Counted from the first letter of the stretch, positions 50,515 to 64,000 are shown. The stretch is DNA of 64,000 bases from Tubulanus polymorphus (GCF_964204645.1 NC_134027.1:9394485-9458484); one strand, 5' to 3'. The notes: generated by a model from the sequence alone, not told the origin. A program made the numbers and translations.

Positions 50515-53497
50515 TTATGTTTAAATTTTTCTATGTTGATTTTGTTCTTTTAAAAGAGCATTTTTCATCTCGTAGATATGCAATATCAATATGAATATGT
50601 CCCCATGTGCTTTGTGGTGTTTCAGTGCGTTGCCTTGATATAAAGTTTTTACATGCATCCACCCTATATGTATCTGCTAAATAACTAACCTGATCAGAAT
50701 GAAGATGACTGAGTAGCAGGCCGTTGCTGTGCCAAAATCAACACTTTTAGCAAATTTTTGAAGTTTTGAGGGGACATTTTGAAAATGTATATTTTGAAAA
50801 AGCGATTATCTTTTTGCTTCATAGACGTGTGTAAATATACCCCCTAGGATCGATAGTTTTAAGAAAAATTGGGTTAATCAGACTCGAGGCGGCCATTCTG
50901 CGACCTTTTTTGTACCCAAAAAGTCTCTTTTTAGTGTGGATTTTGAGACTTCGTAGCTACTATATGGTCATTTTTTATAGAATCTGTGATGGGTGTACTT
51001 TGAGAAGGGATCTTTAACATATCAAACAGGTTTTTCGATCATTCCAATGCTACGTAATCGCAGGCCATATTAGCCAGATGAGGCTTTGTATGTAGATGGG
51101 AGAGGGTTTTGGGGGGAAATATCAACCGTTTAATTTATGGCTTTAATGTTTGATAATACTTAGCACTGTGATATTATACATCCGGTACCTATGCACACAT
51201 TTTAACCAGTCAATTGTCATGTCCTATCATTGTGGCTAGTTGTCAAGCATTTCAGACTTCCAAGTCGGCATGGTATCCATCATGGACCTTTGTTAAGCTA
51301 AGCATACATCCACAAAGCGACTGGAGACAACAAGTTACTAGTGAGTGAGTACCGGCTCACATTGAAAATCTAATGAAAACCAGCTTCTGCGTGGCTCATG
51401 CCAGTCCATAGCGCACACATCGACAGCAACTGAGATGTGTAATCTAGCAAATATTCTCAGGGCATCTCGAATCACATGACAAATTGCTTTGTTTTAGTCA
51501 GTTGCAACCATGTGTTTTTGATTATAGAGCGCTCACATTGACAGATATGACAGTAACCGAGTACAGCTATGGGCAACTGGCTTGAACTGGAGATGGACGC
51601 TAACCAGTCGTAAGCTAGCTCACATCGACACGTTCGAGCAACTGATTGTATCCAGCCAGTTCCTCTTATGTGCCGAAAACTGCCCGGCAACTAGTTGTCG
51701 ATGTAGGCTAGGCATTACACTTGTGCGATGCCATTTTGATGTTCAATACAGTAGGAATAACGGTTAAAAATTTGTTTTATGTACATGTGTACATTATTGT
51801 CTTAAAATTGTCTCTCCAGAATCTGGTATGACTTTTAGGGTTTAAGTAGGCATAATAGTATATATTTCTTCTCGGAATTACACATGAATATTCAAGGGAA
51901 CTATTAAATATTGATTTCAGAAATGTTCCAAAGATATTTTCGATTGAAATGTTTTAGAATATTGATATTCTCGAAATACTGTCGCCTATGAGATAGGAGT
52001 GTCTCTCAAAGAGATTCAACTATGTAATAGTTTTCTTTTACTGGGAAGGCTTTTTTTGTTTACTGGGAAGGCTTTTTATTATTTGCGTATTTTCTATATT
52101 AAACCTGGGAAGGACTACAGAAAAAGATTAAGGTGAACATAACTTATACGAGTTACTACGGTATATTGAAAATCAAGACAGACTTAACAAAACTAAAAGT
52201 TTTTTTCTTATTGACAAAATTGTGATGAAAAAAGAGGGCTTTTAAATTTGATTTTTGCAGAATTCTGGGAGTGTTTTCCAATAATTAAAAAAGGCCTAAT
52301 TATCTTTAACATTCCGCTTGATCTTCATTCAGATACCGGTAACAACAGATGGCATTTGGTGGTGAGATTTTTTGTTTTGACTGGAGACTCTACATTTTAG
52401 ATAGAGTCCATGCTTTTTAACCTCTTCGGATCATGGACACAATGATTGTTATTAGTTCGATACCTTATCAATTATATCTATTTTAGTTAATAAAAGTATA
52501 GGCGTCTTAATTGTCCAAACTGTAGTATTTCGTCATGTTACTTAACTAGTTTTATTGTCTGTGCAGAGATTCCGCTGGAACTTGTCTGTGATATTCATGG
52601 TACTGATGATTTATTCCCATTTCACCGTTTATTTATTCCTATTTCGCTACTTGCCATTTTACCCTCCACCCCAGTGTACGTTTTCAGGGAAGCTAAGTTA
52701 ACAACGTGACATGTTGTAATTCATTAAAAGAAATACCGTAAGGTAGATCGTAAAAATTTAGAAAAATATGTAGACGAATTGTTACCAGAACAGAAAATGA
52801 CATGGATTCGTGCATTTTACGGAAAACGCAAAATGACAGTGGAATTATCTTATTTCCATTAGTTGTGCTTCATAGGGCTGAAGCGACACCGAGCAAAATG
52901 GAATGAGTGCAATGGGTAATTGAAATGAAAAAGGGCCAATGGGGAAGGAGCGAAAAGGGAATATACCACTACCAAAAAGACAGTGTTGCTGGTACTGATT
53001 GTCCATAGTTCTGATGATGATCTCGTATGTAGTATCTAGCATCTCTCCGAAATAAACCATTCTAAAATGACCCACTGTGGTTCTAGTAATATTCCCCCAC
53101 CTCCCATAGAAGGGAAGACTTAGAATTCATTTGAGATGGTTAGCAAATATTTCATATAATTTGTTTATTCATCCATATTTTTACAACATTCTTTATTAAA
53201 ATTTGTACGATTACAAAGCATCATAAGCCCTTCTCCGTTCGGCTTATTTCAAATTACTGATCGGATTAAATCCACATACTTATCATAGATCTGCGTCTTT
53301 TGACCTGTGCTGGCTAACGTTGGGACGCTTCGTCCACTAGACTGCGACATTTCTGCTCACATACTCAGAAACAGTAACACGTAAGAAAACAACATTTCGA
53401 CGACAAAAATTCGTATTTTGAGACAAGATTTACAACAACAACGGACCGACAGCCACAACAACAAATAATATCAACCACGATTATAAAATATATCATA

Positions 53498-56400
53498 TCA
53501 TATCGATGATGTCCTGATTGCCATTAGCGAATGCGACTCTGATGAAGAAGATGATGAATCGGGTGTATTCTCCGCCTCGGACTGCGCCTTAAGTTTTGAC
53601 CAGTTTTTACCGAGAGCTTTCGCAAAATGGTCGTCGACCGAGTCCGATAAAACGTCCGTCGTCACGTGGCGAGATGACGACGCAGATGTAGTGTCGTTTT
53701 TAGCTTTAATATCGTCCCACGTTTTTCCCAATGACCGTGAAAAGTGATCGTCAACTGAATCTGGAACGAAATCAAAAAAATCTTGATCATTGACATACCA
53801 GGTATAGGTACTTAAGCCTTTAAATGCTGACTAATTGATACCCTTAAGTGCTGGAGATAATTTGAAAATTTCGCCCCAGTTTGCTGAATATCATTATAAT
53901 GCATCTGCACCGGCATGCGCTGTATGTACTGTCATCTTTCATCAGAGATAAGAACTAATTACCAATTTCATCAATTCTCTTGGGTGCAGTGTATTATTAG
54001 CATAGTCCATCACCAATTAATACATTGCACTTCAGTGTAGATGCATTAAAAGGTTAATAAAACCTTCATTAAAAGCATCCAAAATCTTTTTTTTAAATAC
54101 ACGAAAATCGTTCATTTGGTATGAAGGGGCGATGAACTTTATCTGTTTCACCAATTTCTTGTGCAACACAACCAGACTGGAAACTGGATGAACAATTTGA
54201 AATGATCCCCAGAAATTCTACATACTCATTAGGCAGAAAAAATTTTGGATTTGAAAAAAGAAGTAGCAGAATTCTTTTTTAACATCCAGTAATTGGTGGG
54301 CTATTACGTATGAGCGCGAATACATCGTGTTCGGTATCTAAATTCGGGTGACCTGTTTTTTTCTTTCGTTTGTGTCGTCCTCGAAATAAATTCCACACAC
54401 ACACATATTGTCTATGCATGCATGTAAACATATTATCAAACATGTGCGGCGAGGCACAAAGCTTGATAAAGTTATGCCTGGAATCCTTAGGCCGAGGAAT
54501 GCATTCAGAAGTGGAATGCATGCACATACACACACCACACGGTATAAATTCCATCACCCCAGTTAAAAGCACTAGAATATAAAACCCGATAAATAGTGCC
54601 CATGTTTGAAGTCGACTTCGGTTGGTTTTTGTTCATCGGAATTTTTTCGCCAAATTCCGAACGGTATTTTGCGCGCGCGTACAAAGAGTGGAAGTTTCTA
54701 CGATATCATTTTGGTCATTGATTTCGCGAAACAAGTTTTCGATTCCACGCGAGATAATGCTTTTTTTGTATCGAAATATTTTCTAAACGAGCTCGACAAA
54801 ATCGATTTTTGTCATTTATCGCTTTATGCTTTTGTGATACGAATATTGTTAATTCGCCCTTTCTTTAAAAGCGACAAGATTTTTTCGTTCAAGATAGCAG
54901 ACGTCATTTCATAATAAATCGTAATATAGATTCGTGATCATTAGATTCAGAGAATCAAATAATGACTCTCATAGTACCAGGACGCGGTGAATCAGATATT
55001 TTCAATTCATACGGTAGAACTCGCTTAATTCGGATGACTAGGGACTGGTCAGTAGTTTACTAAGTTCCAGGTTAAATGAACCAAATATTTCATCCGAATT
55101 CTAGTGAAAATCTGGATTGAAAAATCTGAATTAAGCCAGTTCTACTGTATCATATTACTCATAATTCATAATGTGTGCATTCCTCTCTTTAGAGTTTGAA
55201 GAGTGAATCTAACTTTATAAAGTTCATCGAGTTCATTCGATCCTCACCTTCCGACGAAGAGATCGAATTTTCAGTGCCTGGAAAGTCTGTCGGATAACGT
55301 TTGCTCAGAGAACGTCTGAAGTGTTCGTCGATTGAAGAATCACAGATACCTGCAAATTGAAGAATGAAAATAATGGCGCGAATACACCACGAGAGTTCCA
55401 AATTAGTACTAATTCAAATTCCATAAGTCTAGTTCAAATTACAACTGCTGTACTGGCTCGACCAATGGAGCAATCTTAATTTGAACATCAAATTTCATAA
55501 AATTGGCTCAATAGTTTTATCAACTTGATTGCTCACTAATAAGCGAATTCTAACCATTTTCGACACCAGTGTCATTCTTGGTAACTTTAAAGTTTTAATA
55601 GTTACGGTAGGTAAATCAAGACTTTTGCTACTTTGATTCCGTAGATCGTTTCACCTTTAAAATCTCTACATAACCCTTTCTGTACAGCATTCTTTACTTT
55701 TAATTACTTGGATTAAGGATCTGTCTACCAGAACTATGCAAAAATCATCAAATCCAAAAAATCAAAAGATTTCTTATTCAAAGATCTTGCAAGATAGAAC
55801 CAGTAAATACATGTATGATAATGATATAAACATTGTCATATGATTTGTAATAGATTAATTATAAATTCAATTCAATATAAAATGTGCAGAGTCCATCTTT
55901 CGATAGTCTCCTCTTATCTTACTTACCAAAGTCTACTTAACAACGTCGCATTTAGCTCTTTTACTTAAAAGATTAAGAAAGAAAATCCGACTCGACGGCT
56001 TACCGGATATAACGTCTCTTCTGATTGGTCCACATTCGGGTTCGTCACCCTCGGACACGGGAGGAACCGAGGCGCTGGTGATCACAGTTTGACGAGGATG
56101 CAGAGGCGGCGTCGCGCCGTCGCGGGTCAGATTCAACGGAGCCTCGGGGGGTTGAGTAGGACTAGATGCACTCGTTACGGGACTGTTACGTGACAGGTGT
56201 CGAATGACTTCGCTGTACTGCGACGAAATTTCATTATTGCCGTCCATGCTGGAAATATGAGAATCAATAGAAAATTGACGAAAAGTGTCTTGATTTCATC
56301 ATTTTGTGGATGGGAATTTCTGAAAATCCGAACATTTAACTTTAAAAAAAAGTTCCTGATCATGCAATCCAGTTGTGAGCGATGAATTTCAAATACACAA

Positions 56401-59400
56401 ATTCCCTAAGAGACGGAACTGGGTCGCTGCGCAGCAGTGGATCCAGGGGAAAATTTCGATGGACACGTTCCAAAAAGGCAATTTGTTGTCCAAAATGACA
56501 ATATTATGTATTACCCCTATATGCACTACACGGAAATGCACCAACTTCACAAAATAGAAACGAGCACTCAAAGACCCCCCAAAAAATTTAATGGACTTGT
56601 ACAAGTCTCACAAGTTCACCTGGATCCGCCCCCCCCCGTGCCCACAGAAAACGAAAAGGTCAACCTTTCCTACAACTTAAAGCGTGACTAAATTTGCGTA
56701 TCAATAATTATCATCAGAAATATTTTCTAAAAAAAAAAAATACCTTCCACTACACATTGTAGTACCTAAAAGTACCCAGACATATCCTGGATCAGTTTCG
56801 TTGTTTAATACGCATTTTGTTGCTCGCGCTCGTTTCTAATACCGGTACACAACAGACATTCCTACGATCCCGCATACCTCACTCGCACTGAGGATATATG
56901 GCCAACGCTACCTCCGCTGCCATGTAGACGATACCGTTTTGACACGTGTAAAAGATTACAAATTTTTAAATTGTCTCTCTCCATATCTCCCTCCCTCCCG
57001 CCTCCCTCTCCTTCACTTTCAACTGACAAAAATATCCAGGTTTTTTTCTTTTCGTAAACGAACGCTACATATGTAACGGTTAAATCAACAGTAGCACGTC
57101 TCATTTGCCTGAAGAAGGCAATTTGCTGTGTACAAGTCTACCAGCTTTTTGGTCCTGCAGGGCCGGTGGAGCCGGGGTCGTTCTGGCTGGACCCAGCGGC
57201 GGCCTGGGCCCCTTATTTTTTCACTACCTGGCTTAAAAAGTTATACATGCAAATAATGCCGGTCTTTTTCTCAAAATTTTCCTAGGGCCCCAAACCCTCC
57301 TCAAGGATTTTGGGTCTACAGCAATCTAATCTAAGTTGAAGTTTGAAAAGTACTCAACGGTTATCAGTGAGCCAGCCATCCCCGTATAAACACATGCACT
57401 ATTAACAGCAATAGAAAATTTACAATACGATATGATTGTTTCTACGGGAAATCCGGTTTTGCTCAAATTAAAGGACTTTCAAGCACCTTTACGGCACCTT
57501 TAAAAGCATTTCTAGTATAGGAGTTTTTAAGGAATCAAGGAGTCGCAGGGGCTCTGCTTGAGACGATCAAATTTCTCCGTTTCACTTGGCAGTAATACAC
57601 CACCAGGTAGGTGAATCGATAAGATACAATGATTTCAAGCATCCACTTGAATGGATCCTATAAAACTGGTCAGAAAATTTGTACGACTGAAAATTTCGAA
57701 ATCTAGATAAACTCGCGTCACTTACGTTTGCGTCGTTTTGGAGTTCTGAACTTTCATCTTGTGTTCTTCGTCGAAATGAAGCTGTTCGGAAACTTCTTTG
57801 CGATTTTTCGTCCGTTTATGTCGCTCTCCACGCGTCGGCAACTCTTTCGACATCGTGCTATTCATTATTACAGACTTTTTCAAAAACGATCCATTTTCTA
57901 CGAAATAAACGAAAACATATGTACTTTTTTTTGAAAAAAACACATTCAATCATTTTAGCCGATAAACAAATTCAAGTCGGAAAAATGTCAGAGTGAATTC
58001 TATGAGCAGTAACCTTGTTCCACTAGGACATGGCCAACTTTTGACTAACTCACCAAAACCGAATCATTTTCTGACTTACTAAAACGCATTTTCCTATCAT
58101 TAACTCGGGACTTCACTTGAACCTCAGATCAATTTTGCCAGTCCCAGTTAGTCCGAGTTAGGCAAGGTTTACTGTATGTGAGAATTTTGATTTGAAATTG
58201 ATTTTCAATACCTTAGATAGATATTCTTATGGCACAAGTTATTAGTATCATTTTGGCCACAAAAATTTCAACTCACGACTGTAACCTTAAAACTATGACT
58301 CTACAGGAATGGACTCGCCGTACAGTTGAGGGTTCTACGAGAAATTTCCAAACATTCCTGAAGTGATTCACGTATTCCACAGCTTAGTCCATACATACGT
58401 ACACACGTTTTATGTACCTCAATAGATGTACTCCCGGCAGCCAGGTCGTGGGTTCAAACCACGTACATTAGCGTAGTGTCCCCCTGGCAAGACACTTATC
58501 CTCATAGCCTCTCTACACCCAAGAGTTAATGGGTACCTTGCCTGATGGATGACTCTTGAGCGCCTAGTAGCTGCTCGGAAGTTACTTCTCACCAGGGAGA
58601 GAGATGACTGATGGTTAGAGTTGCTAGGGGTAATAATACAGATTTAATGGATAGAGCCGTTGAAAATTGTAGTATCAGTGAAAAGGGCGCTATAGAAATT
58701 AAATTTCAATTAGGCCGAATACTAAACTCCTGTTTATAAAAGAAATTTTAATTTTACGTTTCTAATAGCCGGATGTGCTGCCTAAATCTACTGAATAAAG
58801 TCAGCTTCTATGAATTGATGAACTATTTGTTCAGAATCTATTCAAAATGTTTTATCAAAAAACCATAAAACAAAAAAGTTAACTACAGTTAAAAATGTTC
58901 AACCCAGACGTGCATTTAAAAACAGATCCTCGTTTTTACATATATATTACAATAATGCCGCGCCATATTTTAGCAAACAGACATATTCATTTTTGGATCT
59001 GAAATCGTCATTTGTCCTACGAAACAACATCAGTTAATTTGCACCAGCACATTCTGGTAATTAATCGAAGAGTTGGTTCAATTCTGAATCCGAAAATAAC
59101 AACTTGGAGCCAGTTGCCCAAAAGTCGGTGAAAGATAACTGGAGATACCATAGCAACAATGATCTTTTAATTATCACTTTGTCAACAAATAGCCACTGGT
59201 TAACTAGTTAACTAGTCACTGGTTAACTCTTACTGCCTTTTCAGCAACTGGCCGCAGTGGTCACTCAGTAGAACAAACTTCCAGTTACCAGGGGCGGCAC
59301 AGACTTCAATCTTTAACAACTGAATTAAAATCCTAATTACCTGTGGCAGCCAATATAACAATAATCAATATATATAATATTCCTTAACGAGAAATCAATC

Positions 59401-62400
59401 AATCAATCAATCAAACAATCAATCAGTGAAGAGATCGCTTGTTACAAAAGTAAACGATATACACGCATCCACTGCGATTTCAGTCCGTCTCAGTCTTTCG
59501 AGCACGCGGTGATTAAAATATTTCCAATTCAACACGATGGATCTCGCAGCATGCTAGAATCATACGTTGACGAGCAGTGTGATTCCGTTCGTCAGCCAGT
59601 CAGCAGGTCCTCCGGTAATTCACCTATGCTATGCGAGGAGATGTACTGTTATACTACGCGCACGCGAGGCCGCTTTTCACAGGTATGCGAGGAATGTGAG
59701 AAGCTCGTGTACATGTACACATAGAGATCCGCGCACGTTTCGGTCGTCCCTAGATTTTCGGATCAATAACACGGTAGAAAAATTCAGTCATCTGCTCGCT
59801 AATAGTTTACGTTGCGCGCAATTTATATACGGCTAATCTTGTAATTACGACCGATTAATACTCGGAATAGGATTTTGAATAGATTCCTAGGACAATAATC
59901 CTAGCAGCTGATCGACGAATGTCTCCCAAAAAGGATTTTTGATCGCCTTAGATTTTGAATCTAAGCTTAAGCACACCATTACACATATATAGCCAAAAAT
60001 TGGGCTCCTATAGGCCGATGGCAAAAATTGCTGTAAATGGCTTGTTTTTATCAACAGGCCTACAGTTCACTGTGAACTGTGATGAGACACCAATCGTAGC
60101 AATAGAATAGTAGTACTATGACGGAGAGAGTTGATCATAAGTTTAAAACCCACTATATACAAAGTTTAAAAGACTATAAGCAAATTCTATTTCTTAAAAA
60201 TCAAAATCAAAAGGCACAGGTCACACCTGACAATGATCTCTAGTGTTTGAAACAAAATGATTTCAAAGTTTGAAACATTACGTCATTTTAATTTTTCATA
60301 AATTAAACTCGCTTTTAGCAGGGGCGCACCCAAGCTATATTCCACTGTATTCCAGAATATAGTCTGAAAAATGTGAATAACATATTTCCTAGGAGAACCT
60401 AATCTAACAGGTCCAGAATGTCTTTAAATACAAGGAAAAAGAGACATTTTTCGAATTTTTCTTAGGAAGGAACCCCAAACCACCCTTTAATGAGCTTCGC
60501 CGCTGGCATAACATTGAGCAATAATTTTTAAGAATATAGTCAAATTCACCTGCTGGATCCGCCCCTATCTAGTGTTTAAAACTTACAATCACAACTATAG
60601 CTAGAAACATAAATGCCAATCTTTGAATGTATTCAAAAGTTAGTTGGAAAATACCGCAGTACGTCTAAGCTTTTCGCGCCATAGGCGCGGATTATTGGAC
60701 ATTATTGGAAATTCTTTTCATAGCTAGCGCAAATTCGCAACTATTCCCTCATTGATTCGCGGGGTTGAATCGCGCGCACGACAGAGAGAGAATGAGCAAC
60801 ATTCTAATTCGAAGAATCCGAACTCTCTCGATTAATTCAATGCAACTGGCCGCCGCCGCTTCTGCTGCATCCGTTGCAATATTTCATAAAATTGTCTGCA
60901 TGCCGGGCATCGTTTACGTGCTTGTTGTTTACTGGGGTAACGTGTAACGGCAATTGATCGGAGCTATTCGAAACGCAAAGCAGGATGACTCGCTCATCTT
61001 CTCTTGACCGGCTAGTAGATTATTCCCACTTGGAACGTGCACACGGAATACCGACGATTCCTACTAACACGTCTCTGATCTGCGTGCGAACTCGTCAGCA
61101 ATACCTGTTCATAATACGATAACGAAGGGCCTTTTTTAAATAGAATAGCCTGGCTTACGGGGTAGACCTATTCAAATATCATTTCGGGGAAGCAAGTAAC
61201 ATTTTTTTTTAAATTCCCTCAGCAGTGAGATAAAATTACTTTTTGAAGGAAGAGGGAACCGTCGATAGGGCAATATACATATGTCCAAACAAACGATTCT
61301 TGGAAAGTTTGAATTCTGCACGCTGCAATCAAAAAGGAACCTCGCGTTTTTCAAGTTTTTTCATCATTCAAGCCGCGATTCTCATTGGCTGGAGGCGAAA
61401 AAAATTTTTTTTGCTCATTTTTGCACCCAATTCATTCCACAGGGTCGGGCGGGAATAAAAAAAAATAAAATCTATTTTTATTTGAATTTTCTTCAAATTT
61501 CGGAGGTGGTTCCCGTAAACCAAGCAAGAAAAAGGCCTAGGTATGCGGTACGAGTAACTGCCTCCCCGAATCACTAACGTACAGCTGAATTCAACGAAAT
61601 CGAATCGATTTCTTCCCGAACTCTACCGGTGATTTTACCACGCGGTAAAACGACTCATCCGTTCTTCCCAACCAGCTACGACGAGTCATTGTGGCAAACC
61701 CTTGACTTCTTGATAACCCGTACTCAAAATAACGATCAACTTTACCGATAACAATGCGATATGTTTTTTGTTCCCCTCATCTCCGGTAAGACTTAATGAA
61801 ATAAATATATAGACTACGACGAGCTGCTTCTTTTATTTTCGCGACTACAAGACGTTTCGGCCTTCAAGCCTTCATCGATTAAGAATCGAATTTCACGGTT
61901 GAAGCAACAATACATCGTTGATAAGGAAACATTAAACACGCAAATCGAATTAACAACATACCGATAACAACAATGACAACTTTTGTGAAGTAAAAATCCA
62001 CAATATTAAATGAAAAAACTAAACGAGAATTTGACGTTTCGAGCCAATTCTACAGGCCATTTTCTAAGACATGAAAATGGCCCATAGAATTGGCCTGAAG
62101 TTAAAATTGAAAGAGATTATATTCTCCAATATTCAGATTGCTGTCCAGCTTACTTTAGCTTTTTACTACAAGCAAGTAATTTCATATAGGCGAAAAGTGA
62201 ATAAATTGAAAGCCAAGTTTCAAGTTGAACATCCTTTTCTTTCAATAATAATTTGAATCAGAAATTCGGTCATTTCAGAATCTAATTGCATTGATTTTCA
62301 GAATAGGCCTACTACGATAAATAAAATCAACTTTCAATGAAAACAACTAGAGAAACATTCCATCCAATTTTCCACTCATGTTGATGAACCGATGTAAAAG

Positions 62401-62518
62401 AGAATAAGAAGATTTTCCGTAGCCTACCTTTTCTTTTCATTTGGTAACAACTACCATTGGCTCCACGAGTGTCGAGAATGCTGGCTGCAATAGACAACAC
62501 TTCCAGCGATGTCTCCAT
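53498..62518 (-). CDS. VGLL4: Vestigial-like 4 / Tgi TEAD co-repressor, about 281-290 aa, 5 coding exons
   Basis: Exons 62455 (or 62428)-62518 encoding METSLEVLSIAAS (compare VGLL4 METPLDVLSRAAS), 57726-57897, 56004-56248, 55248-55349, 53498-53760; phases consistent. TDU motifs IDEHFRRSL, VDDHFSRSLG, VDDHFAKALG; PLNLT and RQTVIT motifs. Confidence 0.9.
55012..55147. mobile_element. TA-flanked pogo/Tigger-like MITE in VGLL4 intron (a similar element lies at 58007-58174)
   Basis: TA|CGGTAGAACTCGCTTAATTCGGA ... TCTGAATTAAGCCAGTTCTACTG|TA. Confidence 0.6.
58432..58710 (+). mobile_element. tRNA-derived SINE with CORE-like domain and L2-like 3' end
   Basis: B-box GGTTCAAACC at 58451-60, GTGTCCCCCTGGCAAGACACTT (CORE-like), AATGGGTACC, and a 3' end GCGCTATAGAAATT resembling the L2 end at 43296-43310. 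Confidence 0.6.
60319..60567. mobile_element. MITE with (C)AGGGGCGGATCC-type termini (relatives near 56432-56633, 28890-29160 and 14212)
   Basis: CAGGGGCGCACCCA ... TGGATCCGCCCCT; the same terminal word recurs across the window. Confidence 0.45.
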
Positions 62519-64000
62519 GGCAACGATTTTTAAGCAGCCTAGTCGTTTTCCCACACAACTTATAAAGTATTATACATATATATCAGTGTATACATATGAA
62601 CACAGCGAATCAGAAACGTTGAATTGATCCTGCAAAGTCAGTCCGCACGAATCTGAAAATATTGTGAAATCATATAAAATTCAAATGAATTGACAGTATT
62701 GATGCAATGCTGAATAAATTACAAGCGCTGAAGCTTAAACCACCGCGGTCGCATAGAAACCTACATTACGCAATCAATACACTTCAGACTCGGCTCAATC
62801 AATACGTTTTTTTTCAATAAGAATCAATCAACGCGTGTCTAATGTTCGTATTAACCTATCAGCACTCGGGAATTTCACTATGTAGCGTCTATATTACCGG
62901 TAGGCCTTCTCCTCAGAAAGATTATGATACTCATTTCCAGTAGATTTTCATACCCCAAGGCGAGTTGTCTTTTTAACTTTGTTATGCTGATTATACGTAC
63001 ATTTTTATAAAGGCGCAATAAAGTATATGAATTGAATTATCTCACAAGTTTGTGTTAATTTGTAATAAACAAAGTAGGCTTTCGTATGATACCAGATTTG
63101 ATGAGGTGGGCCACCAAAATCGTGACCTTTTGACCCCCATATTTCACCCAGAATTGTTTGAAAGGGTATGCCTACTTCAATCCAAAATATGGTCTTTGGT
63201 AAAATGTTGTTTGTTTTGACATGATTTAGGTTTTTAACTCAAACTCTTTAGCAGTAATAATTTCACTTCCAGCCTTAGAAAGAACTGGAGCTCTTGGTTC
63301 TGTCTCATATCCCAAATACTCAAGAATTGAAGATAGGAAGACTTGATTTTGGTATTAAATTTTGAAATCATGGATGTTTAGGCTATCTATGGGTTCAAAT
63401 TAAAAGACAGTCAGGGTGGATTCGGGTGGCTTGAGGAGTAGTAGGTGGGGAGATTTGGGTGGCTTTGCTGAATGCGAAAGGCCTACCAAAATGCTTCAAT
63501 TTATAAGCAAAGGATAATCGGTTATCATGAAACTGAACTGGATCCGTTTATTAAATCCATTAATACAGTATCTTCGTTAATCTACCAGTAAGTTCATAAA
63601 GTTGAAATATTCAAGTTCTAAGAATTTCCAGATAACAGTGTTCAAAGAACATGGTATGAATTAGACTTAGGCCTACACAGCAGCCAAGTTAACAAATTGA
63701 CAACAATCAATGGCAGCCCTGAATAGTTTCATAATCTATTTGACTGAATGGTTTACATATGGGCAAATTCTAAAAGATAATCACCATTGATAAAACACTA
63801 TTTCCACGCTGTTACGATAATATAAAGAGAATCCTACAATAATAATGAAAAACAAAGTCCAAAAATGTGTTCCTGAACATAACTAGGCCTATTAGAATAT
63901 AAGCTTAGGGCCTAGTTGAAACGTCGAATAAACTACTAGCTCTAGGAAACACTTTCAGATTTAGTTTTTCATCATTATTGTGGGATTCTCTCTGTGTTAT

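Noticed and set aside
53011-53056. CTGATGA...CCGAAA hammerhead-like string (also one near 29650-29680 minus)
   Set aside because: No convincing stem II, stem I or cleavage triplet.
1-64000. Prokaryotic systems (CRISPR arrays, operons, defence islands) and the remaining short ORFs of 60-140 aa
   Set aside because: The DNA is spliceosomal-intron eukaryotic sequence; there is no regularly spaced repeat-spacer array, and the short ORFs are AT-rich intron/UTR noise or exon fragments already assigned.

Overview
AT-rich, intron-containing animal DNA, most likely a compact marine-invertebrate genome (inference). GC/CpG-rich exons and GT-AG introns let me build gene models by hand. Left to right: last exon of a RAB5IF/OPTI-like gene (+); intronless orphan class A GPCR (-); HAUS7 (-); beta-syntrophin (-); an F-box/WD40 protein (-); Rap1 (+); coatomer gamma (-); a single-coding-exon purple-acid-phosphatase (ACP7)-like protein with degenerate metal ligands (+); VGLL4/Tgi (-). 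Introns and intergenic DNA hold many MITEs, SINEs, an L2-like LINE end and several Penelope-type minimal hammerhead ribozyme motifs. The most notable observations are four. (1) The predicted last HAUS7 coding exon has a strong splice donor 26 nt after its stop codon, and the next strong acceptor opens the GPCR exon, suggesting a bicistronic HAUS7-GPCR mRNA. (2) A dispersed hammerhead family has intact cores only antisense to host genes or between genes. (3) The ACP7-like protein is a membrane-anchored pseudo-phosphatase candidate. (4) Transposon sequence sits at host splice and poly(A) signals. All calls come from reading the sequence; no searches were run.
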